Shown here in pieces: positions 1-6,844 of a stretch of DNA of 29,042 nucleotides. The notes under the pieces were generated by a model, which was given only the letters and a program-made list of their open reading frames with translations, was not told the origin of the DNA and ran no database searches. The translations under genes and the position numbers were made by a program. The stretch comes from a virus (Duplodnaviria > Heunggongvirae > Uroviricota > Caudoviricetes). Numbering within the stretch: position 1 is the stretch's first letter; each line of letters starts with the position of its first letter. The DNA is taken from the IMG/VR virus record IMGVR_UViG_3300029911_000006; one strand, written 5' to 3'.

Positions 1-59
1 ACTCGCTGACCGAGACGAATCTCTTCCAGCAGGGCCACGGCTTGTTCTAGTGGAGTCAT
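1..59 (-). CDS. N-terminal 19 codons (MTPLEQAVALLEEIRLGQR...) of a gene that runs past the window start
   Basis: ATG at 57-59 on minus; open to the window edge; begins 2 nt after the stop of the 62-265 gene. Confidence 0.25.
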   Translation of the reverse strand, partial: MTPLEQAVALLEEIRLGQR

Positions 60-61
60 AA

Positions 62-265
62 TCACCAAGGGAACTTCTGGCCGGTTTTCACGGTCACAAT
101 CGCACCGACAATGACCAGCACAATCATGAACACGAGGAAAGCGTTGTCACCAACTACCTCCCAAAACTTAACCCACCCACTAATCGGGGGTCTGTTCAGC
201 TTCGCCAACTCCAGTTCATGCTCCCGCTTCTCCTGCTCGTTCTGCAACTCGTTATCATCCATCAT
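62..265 (-). CDS. small membrane protein (67 aa, one TM helix)
   Basis: ORF track; hydrophobic stretch FLVFMIVLVIVGAIVTV. Confidence 0.4.
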   Translation of the reverse strand: MMDDNELQNEQEKREHELELAKLNRPPISGWVKFWEVVGDNAFLVFMIVLVIVGAIVTVKTGQKFPW

Positions 266-515
266 GCTGTACGTCCTCAGTTAAAATTCGGTTGATGTCC
301 TTCTCGTCAATGTCCAGCAGGTAGCCATCCGGCAGCTTCACCTGATAGTCATAGGGGAGAGACCCGTTGGGGTTCAATGTCCCATCCGATGCCTTCATAA
401 TCTCCACTGGCTCATCACCATGAACCATACCATGCGAGACCAGCGTGAGATAGTTCAGACTACCGTATCCTCGTTCGTAGCGCAAGACTACCTTGTCGCC
501 AACATTACGCAGCAT
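255..515 (-). CDS. hypothetical protein (about 86 aa if it starts at the internal ATG MLRNVGD)
   Basis: Track ORF 255-545 begins with GTG. The internal ATG at 515 has a GAGGAAG RBS 6 nt upstream. Confidence 0.4.
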   Translation of the reverse strand: MLRNVGDKVVLRYERGYGSLNYLTLVSHGMVHGDEPVEIMKASDGTLNPNGSLPYDYQVKLPDGYLLDIDEKDINRILTEDVQHDG

Positions 516-541
516 TCTTCTTCCTCTTCTTCTCGGTTGGG

Positions 542-664
542 TCACTCGTTGTGCAGGAACTCGAACAGGAGACGGTACCCGGTCTCTTCCTGCTCAGGCG
601 TGGTGATGTCGTAGCAGAGAACGTTGGGGCCGGTCTTCCGGTTGCCGTACATGAGAATCTTCAT
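542..664 (-). CDS. small hypothetical protein (about 40 aa, MKILMYGNRKTGPNVLCYDITTPEQEETGYRLLFEFLHNE)
   Basis: ATGA start/stop overlap with the 661-1398 gene; absent from the ORF track because it is under 60 aa. Confidence 0.3.
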   Translation of the reverse strand: MKILMYGNRKTGPNVLCYDITTPEQEETGYRLLFEFLHNE

Positions 665-1398
665 TTCGCCGCCTTCACCTTCTTCGACTTCGAACATTGA
701 GGGTTGATGCACACCGTTTCGTACTGGTTCTTGCTCACGCCCTTCACGCCACGCTTGACCAGACGCTCTCCCATTTCAGCGAGGCAGGTCTTGCACCACT
801 CTTCCTCAGGCACAGGCTTATCAGGGATGCCAGCAACCATCTTGTGGAACTTGTACGCCTTGCAGTAGCCTCCACCGTTGCTGTTAGATGGCTCTCCCAA
901 GTCGTGCATGTAAGGCGGAACGTCCGTCCGTCCATCCCGGCGAACGAGTTGGAAGGGGGTTCCCTTGGCACAATACTCGCACGCCTCATTGATACGCTGC
1001 TTCAGAGGTTTCTTGGCCTCGACAGCGGCTTTCTCCCGTGCTTCCTTGTCCCTCCAGAATTCATGGTTACGCATGTCGAAGTAGTGTTCAATTTCCTTCG
1101 TCGCGACCGAGACATTGTAGCCCATCCAACGCTCCGTCTCGTTGTCCAACTCCCGCTGCTTATCCGGGCGGAACTTCAGGAAGCCCCTCTTGTCGTAGCT
1201 GTAGACTTCGTTGCGAGGCACAGGCCGTGCAGAAATAGAATGCGTCCGCTTGTCAACGATGATGATTTCGATGGGACTGTCACCGTCGCAATCGCGAGGA
1301 ATCATCTGCTCACGCAGGGCAAAGACCTTCTTCTCGAAAGCCTTGAACACCTTCGGGTCGATGTCACCCCAACTCGATACTGATTTCGCCTTCGCCAT
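661..1398 (-). CDS. hypothetical protein, 245 aa, Cys-rich C-terminus (CEYC...CKTC...CINPQC)
   Basis: ORF track; TAATG overlap with the upstream small gene. Confidence 0.55.
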   Translation of the reverse strand: MAKAKSVSSWGDIDPKVFKAFEKKVFALREQMIPRDCDGDSPIEIIIVDKRTHSISARPVPRNEVYSYDKRGFLKFRPDKQRELDNETERWMGYNVSVATKEIEHYFDMRNHEFWRDKEAREKAAVEAKKPLKQRINEACEYCAKGTPFQLVRRDGRTDVPPYMHDLGEPSNSNGGGYCKAYKFHKMVAGIPDKPVPEEEWCKTCLAEMGERLVKRGVKGVSKNQYETVCINPQCSKSKKVKAAK

Positions 1399-1562
1399 TA
1401 CTGGGCTCCCGGAAATACGTGATGGTAGAACTTCACTGCTTGGATAGCGGCACGTGCAGCATCATCAGCGAGACCAAGTTCCGCATACTTCACGGCCCAC
1501 TTTGAGTGCTGCCACGAGTTGCGAATGGCCTTGCGTTGCCACGGTTGTAGTCCCTTGGGCAT
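1398..1562 (-). CDS. small hypothetical protein (54 aa, MPKGLQPWQRKAIRNSWQHSKWAVKYAELGLADDAARAAIQAVKFYHHVFPGAQ)
   Basis: ATG 1560-1562 overlaps the stop of the 1562-1807 ORF; TAATG junction with the 661-1398 gene. Confidence 0.3.
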   Translation of the reverse strand: MPKGLQPWQRKAIRNSWQHSKWAVKYAELGLADDAARAAIQAVKFYHHVFPGAQ

Positions 1563-1795
1563 CATATCCGCAGACCTAATGCTTTCTTGTCATCGTCGGA
1601 CAGCTTGTCGAGAGCGGCTTGCCGACGTGTAGCTTGAGCCACCCCCTCGGAACCGTCGCTACCCCAAGCATCCTTACCCTTCACTGACAGGGCAGCATCG
1701 GCCTCACGGACGAAGTAGGCTACGTGAACGGAGTGACCCTTACCTTCGTTTGAGTCCGAGTTGATAAGCGATTCGTATACGTTGAACTCTTTCAT
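1562..1795 (-). CDS. hypothetical protein (77 aa from MKEFNVYESL)
   Basis: ORF track 1562-1807; the second ATG has a GGAAAGGG RBS. Confidence 0.45.
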   Translation of the reverse strand: MKEFNVYESLINSDSNEGKGHSVHVAYFVREADAALSVKGKDAWGSDGSEGVAQATRRQAALDKLSDDDKKALGLRI

Positions 1796-1985
1796 ATCCC
1801 TTTCCAATCCAGCCCTGAGGCTCCTTCGGGATAAACCACAAAATCAGCAAACCGACAATTCCGATACATGTAGCAATCCACCGTTTTTTATCAGTGTCGG
1901 CCCATGTAACAAACTGCCACGGCAAGCTGAATGCCGAAAGAAACGACAAGACTACAATCAACCCATAAATGTCATCGAGGGTCAT
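1740..1985 (-). CDS. small membrane protein (two predicted TM helices), start at MTLDDIYG
   Basis: Internal ATG of track ORF 1740-2048; ATGA overlap with the 1982-2185 gene. Confidence 0.4.
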   Translation of the reverse strand: MTLDDIYGLIVVLSFLSAFSLPWQFVTWADTDKKRWIATCIGIVGLLILWFIPKEPQGWIGKGYERVQRIRIAYQLGLKRR

Positions 1986-2185
1986 CCAATATCCTTGCAG
2001 TCGGGGCACAGGTCGAGTAGAATGCCGTCTTTTATAACGACAGCCCACCCGCGTTCCTTGGCCTCGACCCTGAGAGCAGGGATGGATACTTCGTCAGCGA
2101 ACCGTAGTCCGCCCGGTGAAACCTCACCGCAGTCTCCATCGCATTTCAGTTCGACCCAGCGTCGTGCGCTCATGTCAGTATCCAA
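1982..2185 (-). CDS. hypothetical protein, 67 aa, CxxxC...CxxC zinc-ribbon-like
   Basis: ORF track; CDGDCGEV ... CPDC. Confidence 0.4.
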   Translation of the reverse strand: MDTDMSARRWVELKCDGDCGEVSPGGLRFADEVSIPALRVEAKERGWAVVIKDGILLDLCPDCKDIG

Positions 2186-2588
2186 TCATCTTGGCAGGAA
2201 CCTCTTCCGGCTCCCACACGTCAATGTCACGCACCCATGAGGAACCATAAGCACGCGACTCCACGGTGTAGAAGGCACCGTTGATGCTGGTCTCGTAACC
2301 GCTGGTGACGGCCTTGTGCATGATTCCGGTCGCTACGTCACGGAAGACCACTGGAGTGTAGTTGGGGAGAATGCGGCCATCCTTCGTGTGGAAGGGACGC
2401 TTGATTGCGAAGTTCTTGCTGGCCGGGGCACTGGAGGAGTAGTAGTTGACGAGACGCTCGAAGTAGACCCGTGCCTTCAGGGGCTTCCAGCGAATGAAAA
2501 GGACGAAGGCATACAGGATAATCATCGCGGCTGAACCAAAGCCGACGAGGTATCCCGAACAGTAGCGGTCTGCACCATAGTCAATCAT
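2175..2588 (-). CDS. membrane-anchored hypothetical protein, 137 aa
   Basis: ORF track; N-terminal TM segment; no SD; TATACT sits 6 nt upstream of the ATG (leaderless-type promoter). Confidence 0.5.
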   Translation of the reverse strand: MIDYGADRYCSGYLVGFGSAAMIILYAFVLFIRWKPLKARVYFERLVNYYSSSAPASKNFAIKRPFHTKDGRILPNYTPVVFRDVATGIMHKAVTSGYETSINGAFYTVESRAYGSSWVRDIDVWEPEEVPAKMIGY

Positions 2589-2594
2589 GGCTAG

Positions 2595-2625
2595 AGTATA
2601 CCGGAGTCTAGTGCATCTTGAACAA
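2595..2625 (-). promoter_or_regulatory. promoter-like element TTGTTC-N19-GGTATACT, 6 nt upstream of the ATG of the 2175-2588 gene
   Basis: -10 at 2595-2600 and -35 at 2620-2625 on minus, with an AT-rich tract upstream; member of a recurring motif family. Confidence 0.4.
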
Positions 2626-2645
2626 TAAATTTAGAAAATTTTCAC

Positions 2646-2843
2646 TCAGCCCACTGTGACATTGACAACTCGGTTGTTTTCAATGCTTAGGTTGAGACGT
2701 AAAGGGTCGTAGTCACGAGTCACAATGAGGGCTCGGCCATCGACTTTGGTCACCCGGCTGGAGTATCCGTACCCCATGATTTGGTTCCGGGCATCATCCA
2801 GTGACAGACCGATGAACTTGGAAGGGTCAACGGCCAGAATCAC
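2646..2843 (-). CDS. hypothetical protein, 65 aa
   Basis: ORF track. Confidence 0.35.
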   Translation of the reverse strand: MILAVDPSKFIGLSLDDARNQIMGYGYSSRVTKVDGRALIVTRDYDPLRLNLSIENNRVVNVTVG

Positions 2844-2901
2844 TTTTTCTTCTTGGCCTTCGGTTTCTCAGGCTTGGTCAGCTTTTTGATTTCATGCTTC
2901 T

Positions 2902-3051
2902 TCATACGATTTCTCCAAAGAGACGCCTTAGGTATCCCCTGCGTACACCCCAGTCCAACCACAGTTGTTCAAGGTTTCGAATCCTGCCACGCATCCAGTC
3001 AGGCACTACCGGCGAGTCATCGCCAGCGGCCACACGGAGCAGCCACAACAT
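2902..3051 (-). CDS. small W-rich hypothetical protein; possibly the C-terminal part of a frameshifted gene that starts at 3126
   Basis: Track ORF 2902-3114. A 19-codon ORF (MSDHVEAILRAQAWERAKG) begins at the MazG stop and ends at a GGG run, where a -1 nt change would fuse the two frames. Confidence 0.3.
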   Translation of the reverse strand: MLWLLRVAAGDDSPVVPDWMRGRIRNLEQLWLDWGVRRGYLRRLFGEIV

Positions 3052-3126
3052 CTCATGCCCACTCTTCTTATCCCTTGGCACGTTCCCATGCCTGAGCCCG
3101 GAGGATAGCTTCAACGTGGTCGCTCA

Positions 3127-3537
3127 TTAGCGGTCGTCTCCTGAGCCATGGACAACGCCACGCTCCTGCCGGGACTGAAGCTTGGCGACGTTCGTCTCTC
3201 CGCAGTCCTGAAGCGTGTAGCCAAGTTCCTTCATTCCGGCTGCGATGTACCAGAACACATCGCCGAATTCTTTCTTGAAGTTCAGGCGGATTTCTTCGGG
3301 CCACTCCTTGGGATTTGAGCCCCACTCCACGCCATTGTCACGGAGGAGCTTGCCCATCTTCTCGCAGATTTCCCCGGCTTCACCGGCCAGCTTGAAGAGG
3401 ACGTAGCAGAAGCCTTGGAATTCCCCCTGACCTTTATACAGGGCGGTCTCGACTGCGAGGTTCTGATAGTTGTTGAGAGTAGGTTCGAGGTGGAGGAGTG
3501 TAGCTCGGTCGGTATAGTCGTAAGTGTATTCGCTCAT
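3127..3537 (-). CDS. mazG: MazG-like nucleoside triphosphate pyrophosphohydrolase
   Basis: 136 aa; EExGE-type motifs (LAGEAGEICEKMGKLLRD ... EFGDVFWYIAAGMKELG) typical of phage MazG. Confidence 0.65.
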   Translation of the reverse strand: MSEYTYDYTDRATLLHLEPTLNNYQNLAVETALYKGQGEFQGFCYVLFKLAGEAGEICEKMGKLLRDNGVEWGSNPKEWPEEIRLNFKKEFGDVFWYIAAGMKELGYTLQDCGETNVAKLQSRQERGVVHGSGDDR

Positions 3538-3638
3538 GCAGAGTAATACTGAGAAAATTTTGGTAGTGGGGGAGGGTTATATATTGTCGGGGTAAAAACT
3601 TATTGAACTACGTAGGTCTTATACAGGAGCCCTACACC

Positions 3639-4322
3639 ATGACACTCGTAACCCTCATTTGTTCGAAATGTGGTAAAGAATTCGAAAGACCACTGAAAAC
3701 TCACAACCGTAATTTACGTTTAGGCTACACGACGGCCCAGTGCAGTGCGACCTGTCAAGTGGAACACCTCCGCCCAAAACCATGTGAACATTGTGGAAAC
3801 ACCACAACTAATCCAAGATTTTGTTCATCTAGATGTAATGCTTTAGCTACCTCCAAGTTCAAACCAAAACGGCCAAAACTTGGTCATTGCCGAGTATGTG
3901 GTGACTCAATCAGTAGCCAGAGAGTGTATTGCAAGACTTGTAGAAAACTAGCGGTTTCCAATTCTAAAGATTGGTCGGGGGTGACATTAGGGGAATTACG
4001 TATCAAAAGAAAAGCTAATGGGGACGCTACTGTTTGGGCACACGCCAAAAGGGTGTTTTTCGCCTCCCCTCTACCGAAAGAATGTTGGATATGCGGATAC
4101 TTTAAGCATATCGACGTGTGTCACATCAAGCCTGTGGCTGGGTTTGCGGATGCCACACTTATCTGTGAGATAAATAACCTGAAAAACCTAATGGGTCTTT
4201 GTCGTAATCATCATTGGGAGTTCGATCATGGACAGCTATCCAAAGAGGATAAAGAAAAATTGGTACTCCCGGTAGGATTCGAACCTACGTCTTGCTCTAA
4301 TCTGGAGCTAAACCGGTTATAA
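3639..4322 (+). CDS. HNH homing endonuclease
   Basis: CHIKPVAGF ... NLMGLCRNHHWEFDHG HNH motif with several CxxC pairs; AGGAG RBS before the ATG at 3639; AT-rich relative to its flanks; 3' end overlaps a tRNA on the opposite strand. Confidence 0.8.
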   Translation: MTLVTLICSKCGKEFERPLKTHNRNLRLGYTTAQCSATCQVEHLRPKPCEHCGNTTTNPRFCSSRCNALATSKFKPKRPKLGHCRVCGDSISSQRVYCKTCRKLAVSNSKDWSGVTLGELRIKRKANGDATVWAHAKRVFFASPLPKECWICGYFKHIDVCHIKPVAGFADATLICEINNLKNLMGLCRNHHWEFDHGQLSKEDKEKLVLPVGFEPTSCSNLELNRL

Positions 4323-4356
4323 GGCGGTTGCGTTAGACCACTACGCTACGGGAGCC
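4261..4356 (-). tRNA. atypical long (type II-like) tRNA, probable anticodon UAU (AUA reader); identity uncertain
   Basis: GTAGG-TTCGAAT-CCTAC T-arm, 7-bp acceptor with encoded CCA, 4-bp D-arm with GG, anticodon stem ACCGC/CCGGT with loop CTTATAA, 23-nt variable region. Confidence 0.5.
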
Positions 4357-4365
4357 TAAGCTTTT

Positions 4366-4452
4366 TGGTAGCGGCGGAGGGATTCGAACCCTCATGCCCC
4401 GAAGGGCCAGAGATTTTAAGTCTCCTGTGTATACCGTTCCAGCCACGCCGCC
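4366..4452 (-). tRNA. tRNA-Leu (anticodon UAA)
   Basis: Acceptor GGCGGCG/CGCCGCT; anticodon stem GGAGA/TCTCT with loop CTTAAAA; long variable arm; GAGGG-TTCGAAT-CCCTC; CCA encoded. Confidence 0.8.
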
Positions 4453-4504
4453 ATATTTATTCAATTGGAGTTGGGTATTCGTAAGCGGGTTGTGAAAGCG
4501 GTGT

Positions 4505-4765
4505 TCATTCTTTGAATCCTGTCCTTGTGCGTAGTGGAATCGACTTCGGTTGCGGCGGGTTCTCCACCACATGCTTGAGCCGCTCAGCGAACTCAGCTTC
4601 GTACTCTACTTCAGCTTCCTTGACCTTAGCCAATAACTCAGGGTCACTCGGCTCAGTCTTCACATAGGCGGCGAGAAGCTTGAGGAACTTTGTCCTCGCT
4701 TCCTTCACCGGCTCGTAGCTGTTCAACTGATCTACTTGCTCATCGGAAATTTGGCCTTCGTTCAT
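4505..4765 (-). CDS. hypothetical acidic protein, 86 aa
   Basis: ORF track; lies between tRNA genes. Confidence 0.45.
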   Translation of the reverse strand: MNEGQISDEQVDQLNSYEPVKEARTKFLKLLAAYVKTEPSDPELLAKVKEAEVEYEAEFAERLKHVVENPPQPKSIPLRTRTGFKE

Positions 4766-4793
4766 CTAACCCAATACTCCCAATTTGAAATGT

Positions 4794-4870
4794 TGGTGCG
4801 CCCTCTCGGGCTTGAACCGAGAACCCCCGCGTTATGAGCACGTCGCTCTGACCAATTGAGCTAAGGGCAC
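4794..4870 (-). tRNA. tRNA-Met (anticodon CAU; elongator type, or Ile2 if lysidinylated)
   Basis: GTGCCCT acceptor with G1-C72; loop CTCATAA; CTCGG-TTCAAGC-CCGAG T-arm; CCA encoded. Confidence 0.8.
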
Positions 4871-5046
4871 TAATCTTCATCATACTCGAAATACCCGGCC
4901 ACGTTACAAATGGCTTCGATGAACTCGTAAGCGTTCTCAATCACCCGGTCGGACTGGTACACCGCTTCAGAGCACACAATCTTCTGGTCAGCGATGAACT
5001 TCTCAGCGATTTGTAGAACTCTTTCAGCCTTCTCTTCGCGGGTCAT
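4870..5046 (-). CDS. small hypothetical protein (58 aa, MTREEKAERVLQIAEKFIADQKIVCSEAVYQSDRVIENAYEFIEAICNVAGYFEYDED)
   Basis: Found by manual translation; TTGAAC-N18-TTTATA lies 7 nt upstream of the ATG. Confidence 0.35.
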   Translation of the reverse strand: MTREEKAERVLQIAEKFIADQKIVCSEAVYQSDRVIENAYEFIEAICNVAGYFEYDED

Positions 5047-5206
5047 ACGTTCCTATAAACATGCACATCCGGTCAGGGTTCAATCCACGTCGCCTTGCGG
5101 CAGTTCCCCGTACCCAACTGAGGGTTCTTCTCACCAGAAAGCCAAGTACCCGTCGATGCTTGGTAGTATCAGTCTTGCCTGACTGCTTCACGGCGTATGT
5201 ACAAAC

Positions 5207-5299
5207 TGGAGGAAGGTGTCGGATTCGAACCCACGGTGCCTATCACTAGGACACTCTAGTTTTCAAGACTAGCGCAATCGACCGCTCTGCCAACCTTCC
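5207..5299 (-). tRNA. tRNA-Ser (anticodon UGA)
   Basis: Acceptor GGAAGGT/ACCTTCC; D-stem GCAG/TTGC; anticodon stem CTAGT/ACTAG with loop CTTGAAA; long variable arm; U73; CCA encoded; one G-G mismatch in the T-stem. Confidence 0.7.
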
Positions 5300-5307
5300 C
5301 AAACTTT

Positions 5308-5486
5308 TATTTCCTAGTGTAGACAATGCTCAACTGCGGGTCATTGTCCTTGACAACTGCCATCAAGAGCCCACCGTACCTGCTCTTGTAATACTTGACT
5401 GCCTTCGTATCCGAAGGGAACTCCTGTGCTGGAATCTGCTCATTGAACAGATGACCGTCGCACTCGGGATAGTACAGTTCGCTCAT
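5308..5486 (-). CDS. small hypothetical protein (59 aa, MSELYYPECDGHLFNEQIPAQEF...)
   Basis: Found by manual translation between tRNA genes. Confidence 0.3.
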
Positions 5487-5506
5487 GCAATACCTTTCAT
5501 AAATTT

Positions 5507-5594
5507 TGGCGGAGGCGGAGGGAGTTCAACCCCCAAGTCCTTGCGGAACGTCCCGTTTCGAGCGGGGTGGGCTTAGCACATGCCCAACGCCTCC
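5507..5594 (-). tRNA. tRNA-Ser (anticodon CGA)
   Basis: Acceptor GGAGGCG/CGCCTCC; D-stem GGGC/GCCC; loop CTCGAAA; long variable arm; G73; CCA encoded; unusual T-loop TTGAACT. Confidence 0.6.
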
Positions 5595-5599
5595 AATTT

Positions 5600-5685
5600 T
5601 GGCGGAGAGTCCGGGGGTCGAACCCGGTCAACCTTGCGGTTGTACAGTTTAGCAAACTGCTGCATTACCGTCCTGCCCACTCTCC
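5600..5685 (-). tRNA. tRNA-Ser (anticodon GCU)
   Basis: Acceptor GGAGAGT/ACTCTCC; anticodon stem GCAGT/ACTGT with loop TTGCTAA; 16-nt variable arm; CCGGG-TTCGACC-CCCGG T-arm; G73; CCA encoded; G at position 8. Confidence 0.7.
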
Positions 5686-5691
5686 AAACTT

Positions 5692-5913
5692 TTACGAACC
5701 ACCGAACCGTTCGAGCTTCTTCACCATGGCATCCAATTCGATGCCCCTCAGGAACTCGGGCCGGTTGGCCTGAACCGTCAGACCACAGCACTCACAGGTG
5801 CTGCTCTTCCGGTCGTACCCTGCTGCAACCTCACCAATCAATCGTGCCGCTTGCAACAGCTTCGCTGCGTTGTGCTCGGCCTCAGTGGCCTTGCGAATGT
5901 GTGTCATGCTCAT
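5692..5913 (-). CDS. hypothetical protein, 73 aa (MSMTHIRKATEAEHNAAKLL...CECCG...)
   Basis: Internal ATG of track ORF 5692-5991, with a GGAGG RBS 7 nt upstream. Confidence 0.45.
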   Translation of the reverse strand: MSMTHIRKATEAEHNAAKLLQAARLIGEVAAGYDRKSSTCECCGLTVQANRPEFLRGIELDAMVKKLERFGGS

Positions 5914-6029
5914 AAATGCCTCCTGTTGGTACATACGCTGGGGGCGGCTTAGAATTAACCCCTCACTTGTATATGTCCAGCTTTCAGGCAATATGAGCGG
6001 CTGACCTCACATTTATTTTGGCGTTGAAC

Positions 6030-6479
6030 TTAATTCTGATACAACTTGATTTCAAACGGCGGGACTTCCATCTTCCCGTATGGCTTGAACTCATCAAATC
6101 TGTGCTCCCCCGGCTTGGCCTCAACAAAGTAGCCAATCGTCTCCGGGTATACCTGCCCAAACTTCTCACGCATGTACGTGAACCGCTTCTTCTCCGCGTC
6201 CCACCGGGCTACTGTGGCGTTGCGGCACTTCCCGTGGTAGTACGCTTCGTGCTCAAGTTCCTCCAGCGGTACCATCGGCATCCCCGGCTTATGCTTCTCC
6301 GGTGTCGGACACTCCAGATAGCAGTTACCCTCTCGGACATAGGCATCAGCCTCTTCACGTGGAGTACCCCTGCCCACCATACGTTCCGCGACCGCTTCGG
6401 CTTCCTTACCGAAGACCCGCTCAGCACCACACTGCACACAAATCTTCCACTGTACATCCACGTACGTATCGAACTTCAT
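6030..6479 (-). CDS. hypothetical protein, 149 aa
   Basis: ORF track; GAAAGG RBS; a tRNA 3'-half remnant lies just upstream. Confidence 0.55.
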   Translation of the reverse strand: MKFDTYVDVQWKICVQCGAERVFGKEAEAVAERMVGRGTPREEADAYVREGNCYLECPTPEKHKPGMPMVPLEELEHEAYYHGKCRNATVARWDAEKKRFTYMREKFGQVYPETIGYFVEAKPGEHRFDEFKPYGKMEVPPFEIKLYQN

Positions 6480-6486
6480 GCAAACC

Positions 6487-6512
6487 TTTCTGTGCTGGAT
6501 TCGAACCAGCGG
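6487..6512 (-). other. tRNA 3'-fragment (GCTGG-TTCGAAT-CCAGC T-arm plus a 7-nt acceptor-like strand) with no matching 5' half
   Basis: Canonical T-arm read on minus; no complementary 5' acceptor strand or anticodon arm could be built from the downstream 80 nt. Confidence 0.3.
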
Positions 6513-6605
6513 TACCCCGGTACTTCGTGCTATGACACTTCCCGAAGAACTTCATCATAGTTAGGTTTAAGCCGCTCACCCAACAGTAAAGTAAAGCTTA
6601 CAAGT

Positions 6606-6695
6606 TGGCGGAGAAAGAGGGATTCGAACCCTCGATACCCTTGCGAGTATGCCACCTTTCCAAGGTGGTGCAATCGACCACTCTGCCATCTCTCC
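6606..6695 (-). tRNA. tRNA-Ser (anticodon GGA)
   Basis: Acceptor GGAGAGA/TTTCTCC; D-stem GCAG/TTGC; anticodon stem CCACC/GGTGG with loop TTGGAAA; long variable arm; GAGGG-TTCGAAT-CCCTC; G73; CCA encoded. Confidence 0.8.
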
Positions 6696-6696
6696 A

Positions 6697-6727
6697 AAAC
6701 TAAAAAGCCACCCGAGTTGGGCGGCTT
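6697..6727 (-). terminator. rho-independent terminator immediately 5' of tRNA-Ser(GGA): AGCCGCCC-AACUC-GGGUGGCU followed by UUUUUAGUUUU
   Basis: 8-bp GC-rich stem with a 5-nt loop and a U-tract, read on the minus strand. Confidence 0.6.
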
Positions 6728-6766
6728 TGGTATCTTGCTGAAGTCTGTGTTTACTTATCCACAGTA

Positions 6767-6844
6767 TCAAACGTTCACCACGCCGCCGCCAGTCCATGAA
6801 CTGGATGAGGTAGAGCTTGACGATATGGATAACGTGTTCTTCAT
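6767..6844 (-). CDS. 25-codon Ser-rich leader peptide MKNTLSISSSSTSSSSWTGGGVVNV
   Basis: Leaderless ATG 6 nt downstream of TATTAT. Nine Ser codons use all six Ser codons (TCC, TCG, TCA, AGC, TCT, AGT); also ATA and TTA. The stop lies 40 nt before the terminator. Confidence 0.4.
   Translation of the reverse strand: MKNTLSISSSSTSSSSWTGGGVVNV

Noticed and set aside
5047-5206. Possible additional tRNA (GGGTTCAATCC-like motif) in the 160-nt gap
   Set aside because: No complementary T-stem, acceptor arm or anticodon arm can be built on either strand. The motif is better explained as the TTGAAC -35-like hexamer of a promoter.
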